Numbered from the stretch's first letter, positions 37,844 to 51,100 are shown. The stretch is 64,000 nucleotides of DNA from Ramazzottius varieornatus (GCA_001949185.1 BDGG01000012.1:1046973-1110972), one strand, 5' to 3'. Translations and numbers: made by a program. The notes: generated by a model from the sequence alone, not told the origin.

Positions 37844-39414
37844 ATGTCAAACCTGAGACATCTCAGAGTCAGTGCTCCGGGAAAGATTATCCTTCACGGA
37901 GAGCACGCAGTTGTGTACCAGAAAGTAAGAAATACCGTCGATGGCCCATCGTATATTCACCTGATTCCTGCCTGCATTTTACAGACCGCTGTTGCGCTAA
38001 GTCTGGGATTACGAACACGTTTAGATTTGACGGAAACTACAGATGGACGAATTTCCATCATCATGGATAAGTTCCTTCAGCACACGTCTTGGAGTGTAGA
38101 AGAGCTTTCGAAAATCATAGGTACTGGAGCGCCGGCTACATTATCTGCTAACGCTGCATTAATCCATGCTTTCCTCCACAGATAAAGTGAAAATCGATGC
38201 TAACAACCCCGAAACTGAACTAGACCAGGAACTCGTGGAAGACCTGAGGATGATGACAAGTGGACATCATTACCAAAACGGTGACGGGCCGGCTGTTGGT
38301 AATCCGCAAGCGTATTCTACGCAGAGCGTCGCTCTCGTCGGGTTTTTGTACATCCTGGTGAAACTCTGCAAATTCTCCGGGTGAGAAAGTCTAATCCCAA
38401 AGTTCTGTATGCAGCGGTAACAGATGCTTTTTTACGCCTCTTGCAGGAAACAGAGGCCACCATCTATTCAAATAAGTATCAGCTCGGACATCGCCATCAG
38501 TGCCGGTCTGGGATCGTCCGCAGCCTTTGCAGTATGTTTAAGTGCCTCTCTGCTGTCGTACCTTGGGATCATCGTCTGCGACCGAAAAAACTGTGCCGAT
38601 GTGGACGGAAAGCTGGTTCCGTCGGCGGACCAGTTAGCGCTGATAAACCACTGGGCGTTTATGGTGGAAAAGATCGTACACGGTTCCGCTTCCGGTGTGG
38701 ACAACGCGGTGAGTACTTACGGAGGTTCCATCAAGTACCGAAACAACGAGTTGACTAGAATCGGTTCTGGCCTAAAATTGGATGTCCTGATCGTGGACAC
38801 CCATGTTCAGCGTGACACTAAGAAGATGCTGGACATTGTACGGCATCGAAGGAAATTGGTAAGGCTAGACTAACGTTCTGACTTATTTGTCATTGCCTTT
38901 CAAGAAAGTTTAATTTTCCTCTTTGTTCTTTAAAGTATCCTGCAATTACTAATCCGGTGCTGGAAGCGATAGATGGGATATCGGAAACCTCATCAAAGAT
39001 CCTGCAGCACGGTGATGGTCTGCCTACCGGCGAAGAATACGAGGTCATCGCCGACCTCGTCCGAATGAACCAGAATCTTTTGAGTACTCTCGGAGTAAGC
39101 CACCCTAAACTAGACGTGATCTGCGAAACTGCATCGCGGTTTGGTCAAGCCGGAAAGCTAACAGGAGCTGGAGGCGGAGGTTGCGCAATCGTAGTGCTCG
39201 ATCCAGGTAAAACCTTTTTTAGTATGATCATGATCAGCAGGCAGTGTTCCTCTTGAAAAATATTAGAAAAAAACACGAACACATTCCTTTTCCAGACATG
39301 AGACAATTCGAACATCTTCGAGAGTCAATAATAGCGGAATATCGGAGGATGGAATTCAAGCCTCACCTGGCCGAATTAGGTGGTCCCGGTGTTCTGTTTC
39401 ACCCGGTCCCATAG
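37844..39414 (+). CDS. MVK: Mevalonate kinase
   Basis: SAPGKIILHGEHAVVY, GHMP motif ISAGLGSSAAF, EKIVHGSASGVDNAVSTYGG, LGVSHPKLD and KLTGAGGGGC. Confidence 0.97.
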
Positions 39415-39490
39415 AGCGTCTCATGTTGTGTTTTCGTTATGGAATTACGTTTCAGTTCCTCCTGAGTGTGACGGATGTTACAGTATATAA

Positions 39491-40618
39491 TCAAACTATT
39501 TCATCCGCTTCCTCAACGTCCTTTAGACTCAACACGTCCAGTGTGCCTTGCCCTTTGGTATCCGCCCTGACGAGCTCGTCCATTTTCCGAAATGCTCCTG
39601 GGTCAATCAAACATACCTATAAAAGAAGAAAAGGAATGACGTGACGTCGTTCAGAAGTGTAGAATTACGATAATACCAGGCTAGCATAACGGTGACTGGA
39701 ATTTCGAGATTCCACTGCACCTACCACGTGGAGGTCGCCACCTTGCCAGTTTTCTTCCTCCACTGTCGACATCAAAGGTTTCATCTTTTCGTAGATCTTC
39801 TTAGCATCTTTTGCAGGCAGCATCATCGAGAGACGCATCTGGGCTCTTCCGATGTTCATAGACTCTTTGAGTTGCTTGATGACATCAAGCGCCTGTTCGA
39901 AAGTCAACAAGGAAGTATTACAGTAGCTTGCAGCATGGGGAATCTGGAAGTTCTTTGTTATGGAGCTCGACCAACCTGTTGTTTCGCGCTCTTGTTCGGT
40001 TTGACCGAGTAATGTATGTCTTTCATGCCTTTTTCTATCATGGTCACCGGATATGGACGTTTCGTGTCAGGGTTAACGCATTTCTCTGCCACGATAGTAG
40101 CAATCTCTTTCAACGTGGATTCCAGCTGTCCAGCTCTTTCCTTGTCGGACACCTGCAACTCACCTTTGGCTAGTACCTGAAAAACAGATACAGAGATTGC
40201 ATCGATTTCTAGGATTCGGGTAACAAGACATAACGGCGACGTTTTTACGGAGCATACCATAAGTAGCACTTACTTGCTTACAGATCTCCGTTTGGTCCTC
40301 GCTAGCGAAAGCTTTTAGCAGATCCTCTTTCTTCGCCACTTCTCCCTTTGATACGTTCGTGAACACGGTATGAGTCTGAAGTACTTCGTCGATATCCTTT
40401 TCCCTGAAACGGGAAGAATCTTGCTTAGTAAGTCCATCATTCGTTTATAACAGACTAACATATAGCCGTTTATTTCACCATACTCACACGCCACTTCTCC
40501 AGGACATCACTTTGTTCTTGTAACAAGCAATTTCGAAGCGCTTTCCTCCTTTCTTGAGGCGAACAATGGCGACATTGGTTAACCGAATCTGGTTAGTTGG
40601 AGTGAAGATATTCGACAT
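39491..40618 (-). CDS. SBDS: Ribosome maturation protein SBDS
   Basis: [65 protein letters not shown], and [19 protein letters not shown]. Confidence 0.98.
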
Positions 40619-41436
40619 TGTCCGAGAGTATGTACACGGAGAAGTCCACGCGAAAAGTCCAAAAAGTCAGGATTCCAGCAAGCACAGATTTTCAGGAAAT
40701 GTGGTCACTATGCAGTATCATCCCAACGTCCCGTTCCAGTAGGTTATGCGGAGTACGGACTCCCTCGTTCGATCCTCGATCCTCGGATCGTTTTTATTTG
40801 TCAGAACTCGGAAGAGCAAGCTAACTGAAGCGGAAGTGCCACAAACTTCCAGGCTGGGCCAGAGTGATACTCTGGCTGGGCTATGAATTCCGACAGCTGA
40901 TCGCCATGTCATATTATGTTATGTCATGTCACAGTCACTATCGTACATACAAATGGCCCGCGTTCTACTTCCGGCACGCCTTTATGCAGTAATTTTCATT
41001 CACGTTTTACAGTTAGCCTTGCTCACGCTAACATAGTAACAAAATGCCTATCTGGAGTCTGGATGTCACCTCGCATCAACCTCAAAGGGACCCAGCAGTA
41101 AGCCGAAAGCTCTTCGACTTGGAAGACCTGGTTCCCAAATTTCGTGTTCTACCTACTGCATCAGTTCCTGATATTTCGAAATATCGGAAACCCCTAATCC
41201 GGGTACTAGGGCACTTCGCGCTCTGTCCGCTGTCAACTTCACGATGCTTTTCTGTACCTGTGATCATTACGTAGATCAGCCTATAGAAAGAAAAGTAGCT
41301 GATCGGAATATTACATATGTCGCAGGACATGGCCGTTGAACAGAATCACCGACACCAATTCTGGAAAAATAGAAAAACGAAACGTGACTGCAGAATTGCG
41401 CGACGGTTTCTTTCTGTCGCAAGCTTCTTTTCGGGT

Positions 41437-42094
41437 TCAAAGTCGTTCCATTTCCGGTGGATCGTAGTCTTCGACGTATGCTGCAGCCGTTTCGTATCTA
41501 CCTTTCTGGGAGCAGGGCTTTGCTCTCACGAGCGCAACGATGAAAGACATCAGCAGTGCGAGGAGGAGAGTGCAATGTACAACGACGACTGTCATATACA
41601 GAATAGCCAGCAAGTGGCTTCCCCACTGGTCAGATGACAAGTTGGTCGTTTTGAAATCCGCCAAAACCATAACTCGGATGGACGACGGAGTGACTGTAAC
41701 TGTGTCTAGAGCTAAGACGATAACGCAGATAGCCGAGATGCTGCAATGCGAGATCAACCAAGGACGACTTGTCTTGAAAGATCCTTTGCGTGATTCCAGA
41801 ATCCCCACTACACCAGCAAGCACGGCGACGACGCCCTCAACGAATCCGAAGACATGGAAGAAGATGGGCCTCTGCGGAACAAGGTGCAGGACTGAAACCC
41901 CAAGAACAAGCTATGAGTCTGATGCGGTACTTCGGATATCGGAACTGAAGCTACTTACGAACGACGGACAGAACGATCAGGACGACCCCGAGAAGGACTT
42001 CGATTGAGCAGAGGATGAATAATGACCGACTTCTGCCGTTGCAGCAGCCTTTTTGACTTACAGTCGTCGATACACTTTGTGGAGGGCGATCCAT
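41437..42094 (-). CDS. Small four-transmembrane protein (MS4A/tetraspan-like topology), family unassigned
   Basis: Two exons (42094-~41958, ~41871-41437) with four hydrophobic stretches: LFILCSIEVLLGVVLIVLSVV, VFGFVEGVVAVLAGVVGIL, WLISHCSISAICVIVLAL and LLAILYMTVVVVHCTLLLALLMSFIVALV. Confidence 0.65.
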
Positions 42095-42560
42095 CGAATC
42101 CCACCAGCTAAAAATCCAGAACAGTCCAATCAGAATGATCTTAACTCTTAATCCGAGGCCGCGACGTTGAGATCATTTCTTCCAGCTTTCGCAAAAGTAG
42201 ACAATGTCCATTTAGCACTCTACGCGGTGAGCATCAAAGGGTCAGGACGCAGGAAAAATAGAGTTTCTAGCAGATGAAAAGTCCCAGCCCTCGGCCACTG
42301 GGTATCACCTGTCACCGTGCCACGGGCACCTTCACGGTGCCACCCCCGAAACCCCGATGAGCAAGTCGACTAAAAGTCCGACTGATTGATTCCGCTTGTT
42401 GATTAACTGGCGTTTGTTTCAAATTTTATTTCCTTTTCGAATTTGCCGTTTTGTTCGCTTCTTCCTGGCGGTTCAGTTTGTGTTGCTTGCATCTTCCAGA
42501 AGCAAGGTGTGTGCTAAATTTTGCGCTTTTTTGCAGGGGATGTGTGGCTAAACAGCGAGG

Positions 42561-45500
42561 ATGGACTCTGTCGTGATCGACTACCTTACACTATTCGTGT
42601 TCACCACTGCGTTTGGATACTTCGTTCAGAGATACCTCAAGAAGCGGATACAGGCGGAAATCGCCAAAGGTGCCACTCAGGCCCAATTAGCTGTATCTGC
42701 TGCTTCTCAAATAACGAATAATGAAGCCAATGATGGGTCCCGTGCAAAGACAGTAAAGGCGAAGAAACGAGATGTGAAGAAGCCTGCCTCTACTTCCCAA
42801 ATGGAGCAAGTGCGTGACAGCCTACCTTCTGTGCCGGACTCCGTCAATGCAGGATCGTGCGCTTGTGGATCGAAGCCAGACGATGGCTGCTGTAAAACTG
42901 CTATACCAGACGAACGATCTGGAGTGGACTTCAAAAGCATCAAGATATACTATGGAAGCCAGACAGGAACCGCAAAGGTACGTGCGTATCAACGTATGAT
43001 TTATTACGTGCGGGATCCATAATGCATCTGTTGGTCGACAGGGTTTCGCTTCCCTGCTGGAAAAGGAGCTATGTGCGACGGCGAAGGTTGAGTCGATAGA
43101 AGTGTCGGATATTGCAAACTGGGATCCCGAGCTGTTTGTCTCGAAGGTACACTTCCCATAGTGATCAGTGAAGCTGAATTGGTTGAACACGTCATGAGAC
43201 CGACTCCTTCGAGGGCATTAAAGTTATTTGTCCTTTAGTTATCACCTGACTGCTTACACGTGTTTATCCTGTCAACATGGACGGATGGTACTCCACCGAG
43301 TTCAGCTCGATGGTTTTCCCTGTGGACGAATGACGCTGTAGATGACTTCCGCGTGTCCAAGACCTTCCTAAAGGATCTGCGGTTTGCCGTTTTCGGCCTG
43401 GGAAACTCTGTTTATGACCATTATAACAAAGTACTGGAAGTACCCTAATCTGCGCGTTGCTTATTGATCGTTGTCCGTGAAGCTCTTTGTTTACTGTTAA
43501 TTCAAGTTCTTTCCACCAATCTGTATGTTGGTTAATTTCAGGTCGCCAAAACTATCTTCAAGCAGCTGGGTAGCTTGTCGGCACATCCCATTCTGCCGTT
43601 AGGCCTCGGAGATGAGGAAGTTTCTAATAGTAAACATGGAGGTTGGTGTCCTACGATTGTTCCAGACAGTATCATAACCGCCGATAACGATTGGAATTCT
43701 CTTGATCAGTATTCTGGCGCCATTCTGTTCCAGGTCTTCGGGCAGATTTCGCGAAATGGACGGAAGACCTGAAACAAGCCTTGGCATCCAAAGAGGATGT
43801 ACCTCAACACGTCATAGAACAAGAGAACGAAGACCTCGAACAAGTCTCGGATGACGGCGAAAGCTCGGTAAGACAACCTTCTTGGCCCGCGACGATCTGC
43901 GTCAGTGACGGATATGTCTGTTTACTAGGGCATGTATGAGACTACTAGTGAAGAAGGTGATTCTGGCGAAGGGTTGAGATCTGATACGGAAAACGTTATG
44001 GACGTTGAAGACTTGGGTATCGTCGCTGATAAGATCTCTAGTGCTAAGGTGAGGGAGAGTACCTACCGCTATAACAGCCGAGATGATTCAGCACATCACC
44101 GATCGGTCTATCGCTTTTAGAAGGACACGGTTCCAAAACATGATCGAGTAAGGTCAAAACGAAAGGACGGATCGGGAGACGCACCGCAGCTGAAAGAAAT
44201 GGCGACACCAGAGCTAAAGGCTGCTTTGCAGAAGCAGGGCTATAAAATTATCGGAAGTCACTCTGGCGTCAAACTCTGCCGATGGACCAAAGTATGGAAG
44301 TTGTCGTTATGTTTTGGTGATACCCCGAACTGAAGTGATGATTTGGTTGGAAATTCTTGCTCTTCTGATAGTCTATGCTACGTGGACGGGGCGGATGTTA
44401 CAAACATACGTTCTACGGTATCGAAAGCCATCGCTGCATGGAAGCCACTCCCAGTCTTGCTTGTGCCAACAAGTGCGTCTTCTGCTGGCGACATCATACC
44501 AATCCCGTGGGGACCTCATGGAAGTGGCAGATGGATGAACCTGAGAAGATCGTAACAGACGCCGTGGTTCGTCCGATATACCGAACGCAGTACGAACCCT
44601 TGGCTTTACCATTTCATATTTTAGGATTATCACGTTCAGATGATCAAACAGTTCAAAGGTAGGATATCTCGGTAATTCGACAAAGTCACTTCTTAACTAA
44701 TTTCCATTTTTGAACAAGATACCCGCTCTCAAATATTCAGCATGCAGTTGTTGCAGGAGTGCCGGGTGTCAAGAGCGAAAGGTTCCTTGAGGGTCTCTCT
44801 CCGCAGCACTGCGCCTTGTCGTTGGTCGGCGAACCCATCATGTACCCGGAAATCAACAAGCTTATCAGCCTACTGCACGCCAGACAGATGTCGACCTACC
44901 TCGTTACAAACGCACAGTTCCCTGATGCCATTCGTACCCTTTCTCCCGTTACACAGCTGTACGTCTCCGTTGATGCCAGCAATAAAGAAAGCTTGAAGAA
45001 GATTGATCGACCCCTGTTCCGCGACTTCTGGGAAAGGTTCAACGACAGTCTTCTCGCCCTCTCCGAAAAGGCAAGTCCGTCACTCGAAACGACCCTCTGT
45101 GAGTAATATACCCCATGAGGGATCATTTGCAGGGCCAACGAACAGTCTATCGGTTGACATTAGTGAAAATGTTCAACGTTACGGAAATCGAAGCCTACGC
45201 GAATCTGGTCAGCTTAGGAAAACCAGACTTCATCGAGATCAAGGTATGTTTCAGTTTATCCTATCGATAGAAAGCAGCGAATATTCACCAAGGTCTCGGT
45301 TTTTTATAGGGTGTAACGTACTGCGGTGACGCCGTCGGAGGACTCACCATGGAAAACGTGCCGTGGCATGAGGAAGTCGTTTCTTTCGTGTCGCAGATGG
45401 CGAATCTGCTGCCCGATTACGAACTGGCTTCGGAACACGAGCACTCGAACTGCATTCTCTTGGCTAACAAAAGGGTAAGTCGATGTTGCTGAATTTTCCG

Positions 45501-45754
45501 AATATATCTGATCGATAAAGCTTGTGGTGTTACAGTTTAAAGTTGATGGGGAATGGTGGACGTGGATCGATTACCCGAAGTTCCAAGAGTTAGTTCGTCA
45601 GTATGAGTTATCCGGTGGGGAGAAGACATTCACATCAGCAGATTACATGGCGAAAACTCCCCATTGGGCCGTGTACGGCTGTAAAGAACGAGGCTTTGAT
45701 CCGCAGGAAGTCAGGTTCCATCGCAAAAACAAGAAAGATATTAGTGGGTGCTAG
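42561..45754 (+). CDS. TYW1: tRNA wybutosine-synthesizing radical-SAM protein TYW1
   Basis: N-terminal TM, flavodoxin (YGSQTGTAK, FAVFGLGNSVY), GSHSGVKLCRWTKSMLRGRGGCYKHTFYGI, CANKCVFC, HCALSLVGEP and C-terminal GFDP..RF.RK..DISGC*. Confidence 0.97.
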
Positions 45755-46368
45755 CTAGTTGTACGGCTGCTACTTTCAACTGCGAAACGTATGGATATCT
45801 TTCTCAGGTACACTCTGCACATAGTATCCGTGAGGACATTTCAATTCTGGTTATGACTGTATAGTTCAAATGCTTCACTGTTTCGAACGAACCCGAGCCT
45901 GCCCGATCTGTAGTTCTCCGCTTGACTTCCGGTTTTCGATATTGACCACTTTCCTCTACTCAAGACGATGATGTTTTTTGTCCAGTCAAAAGGCAATATA
46001 ATCTTAGGAAGCTGGTTTTCGTACTCTGAAAAGCCGAAAAGAAGCCCCCAAGGTCTACCGGCGACGTTTTGAATCAAACCGTCCATCAGTACCATGATCT
46101 CACACTCCCGTACTGCTATATGAGGTCATACGGGGCGTGGCTCTTGAGAGAAGGTACAAGAGCAGACTGCGCATAACTTCCGGGTTGCTCTCAGCTTCTC
46201 ATTTCCATTTCAGCAGCCGTTTCATTTCGCAGTTCACGCCATCTGGACCGGCTGAGCGGTTTGTTGTGGTTTTTGTCTCGTCCTACATGTCGCCGACGAT
46301 ATCTCCATTAGTGGTCCATTTTATCTTTCCCAAAAGAGTTGTTCTACTGTCTATGGTCGTCGTCTACC

Positions 46369-47231
46369 ATGGATGTCCGCCTTAAATACAAACAGAAATT
46401 GGACGTTCTGTCAAATGTTGTTCAGGAGTTGACTGATCGGAAGTACCAACCAGCTTCCTACGAGAAGGTTCCCATCTTCGAAACAGGTAAATCTGCCTCC
46501 CATCCCGAGCTCTGCATCCTGGGAGACTCTAGTACGTTACATGTTAGTGATGACTTTGTCTGTTTCAGGCGATCAAGTCCTGGCTTCGATGGACGGTTTC
46601 TCGTACAACAGCACGGTAAGCCGTGCCGAAGGAATGAACTGTATACTCGTACTATGTATGTATACTCAACTACGGAAGCACCGGTGTAATGTATTGGTCC
46701 CCATTTTTTAGATTGTGGAGGTTAACGAAGACACTTGTCCCGATTACCACAAGCTGTTACCGTGCTATAAGATCGCCTTTCATGAGTGGAAAAGGACGTA
46801 AGTTATGGTATACGTTCTTAACGGAAAATTTCAGAAATTCGATGTAGACATCACTTGGTTTTCCCATTCGAGTCCGGCCAGGAGCCATTGGGCGATCGAA
46901 TACGACCTCGTTGGACTTGAACATAACTTCCACCCCGTTCAGCACCTGTTGGCTCACTACTACAACGAAGAGCTTAGGTAGAGTGCAACGCCACGGACCG
47001 CACGCCACAGATTGAAGAATCTACTGTACATACACGCTAAAATTCTTCCACTTCTTTCGTTCTAGAAAGACTAGAAAGCCAAGTGACACCAAGCTCCGAG
47101 GGCTCTTCCGCCTGGATCAAGAAGCTATCGACCGCCTGGAGCAGGAAACTCTTTATGACACGATGGACATCGTACCGGAAGCGAAGAACTGGACCATTAA
47201 GGATTTCCTGGAGAACCACCTTCCACCTTGA
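46369..47231 (+). CDS. Small protein with a chromo-barrel (Tudor-knot)-like domain
   Basis: Five GT-AG exons splice to ..PIFETGDQVLASMDGFSYNSTIVEV..PCYKIAFHEWKRTSHWAIEYDLV.., which resembles the F..G..VL......Y...I......Y.I.F.GW pattern of MRG15/MSL3-type chromo barrels. Confidence 0.55.
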
Positions 47232-47427
47232 AAGATTCGGTTGTCAGATATCACGGTCCTCAGACGACATACAGTCTGAAGACTCCCCTTCTTGTTTTAC
47301 ACGGCCATCTCACTGTCTAATCATCACGCTTGTTAGTTTCATTTAGGGTGGAATCTCTATAAAGTCGTTCCATAATGGCAGCTACAAAAGCAGCGATTAC
47401 TGTACGTTGTTTTATATATTAGTTGTT

Positions 47428-47963
47428 TTACTTTTGCTCGACATCCATGCTCAGCTCATTGCTTCCTGACGGTGAGAGTAAACCTTGCATGGCGAGCCGT
47501 ACTTTGTTCCGCGCTTGTTCTGTTCGCGCACTCCCGAGGCTCTTCAACAAGTGTCGTCGATGATGTTCCAGCAGACGTTTCTGGGAGGAACGCATGGTCC
47601 CGGAAATGTGGATGATCTTTACGGCAGCCGGAATGTTTCCAACGCGGAGCAGCGACTCGATAGCATCCTTGACCATCAGATGTGGTCCACGCCGAGCTCG
47701 CAAGAACACGATGCCTGTTTCCGGGTTGAGGTACTTGACGCGCACATCGTTCAGCTGAGCTGCCACGCCCTGTTCACCATGAAGATCTTTCAGGGCCGTC
47801 ATTATTGTGGAACGCATAGAGCCTTCATGGATTTTCTGGAAGGAGTTGACTTGATGGACTTCCAGGAGGAAATAACTGCAAAGAACAAAAAGCCATCATT
47901 TAATCGACATAAACTTCTTTGCTTGCACATTCGAATAATACTCTATCCTTTACGTTTGACCAT
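47428..47963 (-). CDS. POP5: RNase P/MRP protein subunit POP5 (start exon uncertain)
   Basis: YFLLEV..., LHGEQGVA...VKYLNPETGIVFLRARRGPH..V, and IHISGTMRSSQKRL. The main exon starts at the acceptor at ~47876. Confidence 0.85.
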
Positions 47964-48177
47964 CAGAATGACCGAATGACCATCAGAATGACCATATTTG
48001 GTAAACGTAGCATTTTTTTACACTTTACACATTACTGGCTTAAAACACGGCCAGCAAAAAAAGTCTTACTGGTTGTTCAGCACGACATCAGTTACAGGGA
48101 TACTGTACTCGTTCGGTTAGTAAAGAATTGCGGAAAGAACCATCAACAGGTGCAACTAAACAGCTTTCCATTAGAAA

Positions 48178-51100
48178 TCAGAAAATGGCGGTTTGCCTAT
48201 CGAGATCCAGCAGTTCTTCGAGGAGTGTATCGACCGACGTGCCGATCTTCATGGCCACTTCGTGTTTTTCCGTATGGTCCAGCTCCAAGTACAGGCTGCC
48301 CACTTTGCCGTCGGCGATTGATTTGGTCGTCGAGACCAAATCGAAACGTTCATGTTCCGAAGACGTTCTGGCATTCCAGTAGAGCCTTGGACTCAAGCCA
48401 GCGCGATGTGAGCAGTGGTTGCTGAGGATGGTTTCCATCATGAGAAGCCGGCGGTAAGTCTTCTCCGGAATGTTGATGTAGCAAGCCACCGCACCATCCA
48501 ACGTCGTCATGACCGTTACGTGCTTCTTCGTTAGAGCTGCTGCCCCTATCCGTTCCGCGTCGGGATACCTGAAAGACATCGGGCGAATGAATAAAATGAA
48601 ATGCGACATCGGCAAATAACTTCACCCAGAACGTTTTCCCAAGTGGCGCGCCCTCTCGGCCAATAACAATGAAGACGGGCGCCACTCGAGATAATGATCC
48701 GGATGAACTCATTTCCAAACTCTTCCGAAATTGATTTCGGTGAAATATCATTTTACAAGAATCAGATTGCTTGAAGGAGAAAAAAAGATAATCTTACGTA
48801 CCAGGAAGAGCATCGGAACCGAAACATGTTGGTAACATGTTGGCCCAAGTTACATTCCATTCGGCGGACTAGGCGATTACCAAAAGCAGCGAAGTAGTAT
48901 TCAGGGTCGAACTGGAAGACGTGGAAATCTTGCTTGATATCGGTAACGGCAGTCGTGAGGCTTTGGTTGTCGACGCAGAACTCCGCGGCGTATGTGTGCA
49001 TCTGGTTGGGATCGGAGGACACCAAGGAAAGCGTGCGGTACTGCTCTTGGAACCGAACGACACTGACGGAACGCTGAATATCGGCGACAAGAATGAGATC
49101 TTTGATAGACGAAAGCTGCAGGACGTAAATCTGAACGTCGAGAAACGCCACTCCGACAAGGATATTGCCTTTCAGACCTAGTATGAAAACCTACAAAATT
49201 CAGAAGGCTCCACTAAACATAAGCAAAGCTCCACTAAAAATACATATGTACTTTGCTGACTCGCATTGCGATATAATACTTCTTTTGAAAATCCGAGAGA
49301 CAAACTCGACAAGATCTTTTTTCCAAGTGGCGCACACTTTGAGCCAATATACTTAGGAAAATGCGCCACTCTGGAAAACAATCGTCGAGTTTGCTCGTCG
49401 AGCTCCCATTTCCTGGACTTCAGTACTTACCTTCTGACCAACAGCCGCAACGATGTATCCATTGACACCACAGATGGCAGTCACTGGTCCTTTCTGCTCT
49501 TCGGCATAGATCTCCTTCTGTCGGAACTTGGTCATTGGCTGGTCAGGTTCCGGGTTGACTTCAACCACGTCCAAGAGGATGATTCTTCCTCGGCTCTGGA
49601 CGTCCTCGCCGTACGACAGGTTAGTGCCGATGACGACGTACTCTTTTAAGCCGGTTTCCGTGCCGTTCCTCAACGGCAAGACCTTCATGGCCGTCACATG
49701 CTCAAAGTCCGGCAGATGGTACGACACTTCTGGTACCACTTGCCACTCTTCCGGCGACACCAAGTGAACCGAAAACCTAATAAAAATTTTATAATTAGAA
49801 TAAATACCGCGATTAACGAACTGTTTCCTATAATCGAATTATTGGTTTTTAGATTCTCAACTCGGATTTATTTTTATTTTTCGATACTGCAGATTAATAT
49901 AAGTTTCTGAACTTAAGAAATTTCGAGCGAACCTTGGTAGCATCGGATACGGAAATCGGGCGTCTCTTTCCGTCATTTCTTCGTCCACCTGATCCACTCC
50001 TCCATGAATGATTCTCTTTTCTGGGTACATCGCCGTGGTACACACCACGTAGGCTTTGCTCTCGAAATGGTACGTCAGATGATGAATGGTTCCCGGACTG
50101 CGTACTTTGATAACAGGCCATGTGAAGTCATAGTTCCAGTACGGTTCCAGCTCAGCCACACGGATCTGCTTCCTCGAGTTGTAGTAGATGAACCCCGCGT
50201 TACAGTTGCCGTTACTAAACTCCGCGAACGCTTTGATCGGTCCATCCACTGTCATCGGATGAAACCTCAAGATATTCCTATCCGTCACCATCACGAAGAA
50301 CGAGTACGGAAAACAGAGAAAGACCCCCGAGTACCCCTGGACGTTCGTAAAGTGCCTCAAATGCCTCTTCGCCAATCTTTCATCCACCTGATTCATATCC
50401 CGCGGTAACTTCCTCCTCAGTTTTCTCTCCCTCGTTAGCATATCATTCTTGACTTTGGAGAAACAAATCCTCAATCTCGAGTCATCGAGCCCGTAATAGA
50501 AAGGTACGACATGGTAGACGTACACGTCTTCGCCAACGACTGCGAACAAGTACGGCTGTGTTTGCCGGACACCCAACCCAATCAAAAGGATCTCTTTCAA
50601 CTGCATGCCTTGACAAGCGCTATCTATTACTTCTTTCGGTAGCTCCGCGTTCTCTAAAGCCCGAGCATCGTGAATGATTCTGGGCCCGTGAATGATAGAA
50701 TGTGTACGGTAGACGGGAATCAAGTCGGGAACACTGACGATACAGATGGTGTTGTCGACGTATGCGACAATCAGCCAGTCTGTATAGCCGTACGGCATGG
50801 TGTTAACTCGTTCTTCCACAAGGAACCGCTGGAAATCTTCGGGCGTTCTTTCGGTGTTTCTGAGGCGGAGTAGTTCAGCGTGTTCGGCCTTGGAAAGGTA
50901 CAGTACTTCGTCATCTTCTTCGGGGTGAGACTCGACGCGTTGGACTTCCAGCTTGTCGGGCTCGACTTCCATGTCGACGGACCCGACGTTGGATGGCTTG
51001 TTGCTGGTAAACATGCCGCTTCGGTCGGTGTAGAAGGACGCGGTCAGGACTCCGCCCATGTTACTGTTGGGGATTTCGACGAGGTCCTGGAGCTCGTGGT

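Noticed and set aside
22431-45754. Horizontal transfer of bacterial-like enzymes (asparaginase, MVK, TYW1)
   Set aside because: All have multiple spliceosomal introns and typical metazoan domain architectures (ankyrin tail, flavodoxin fusion).
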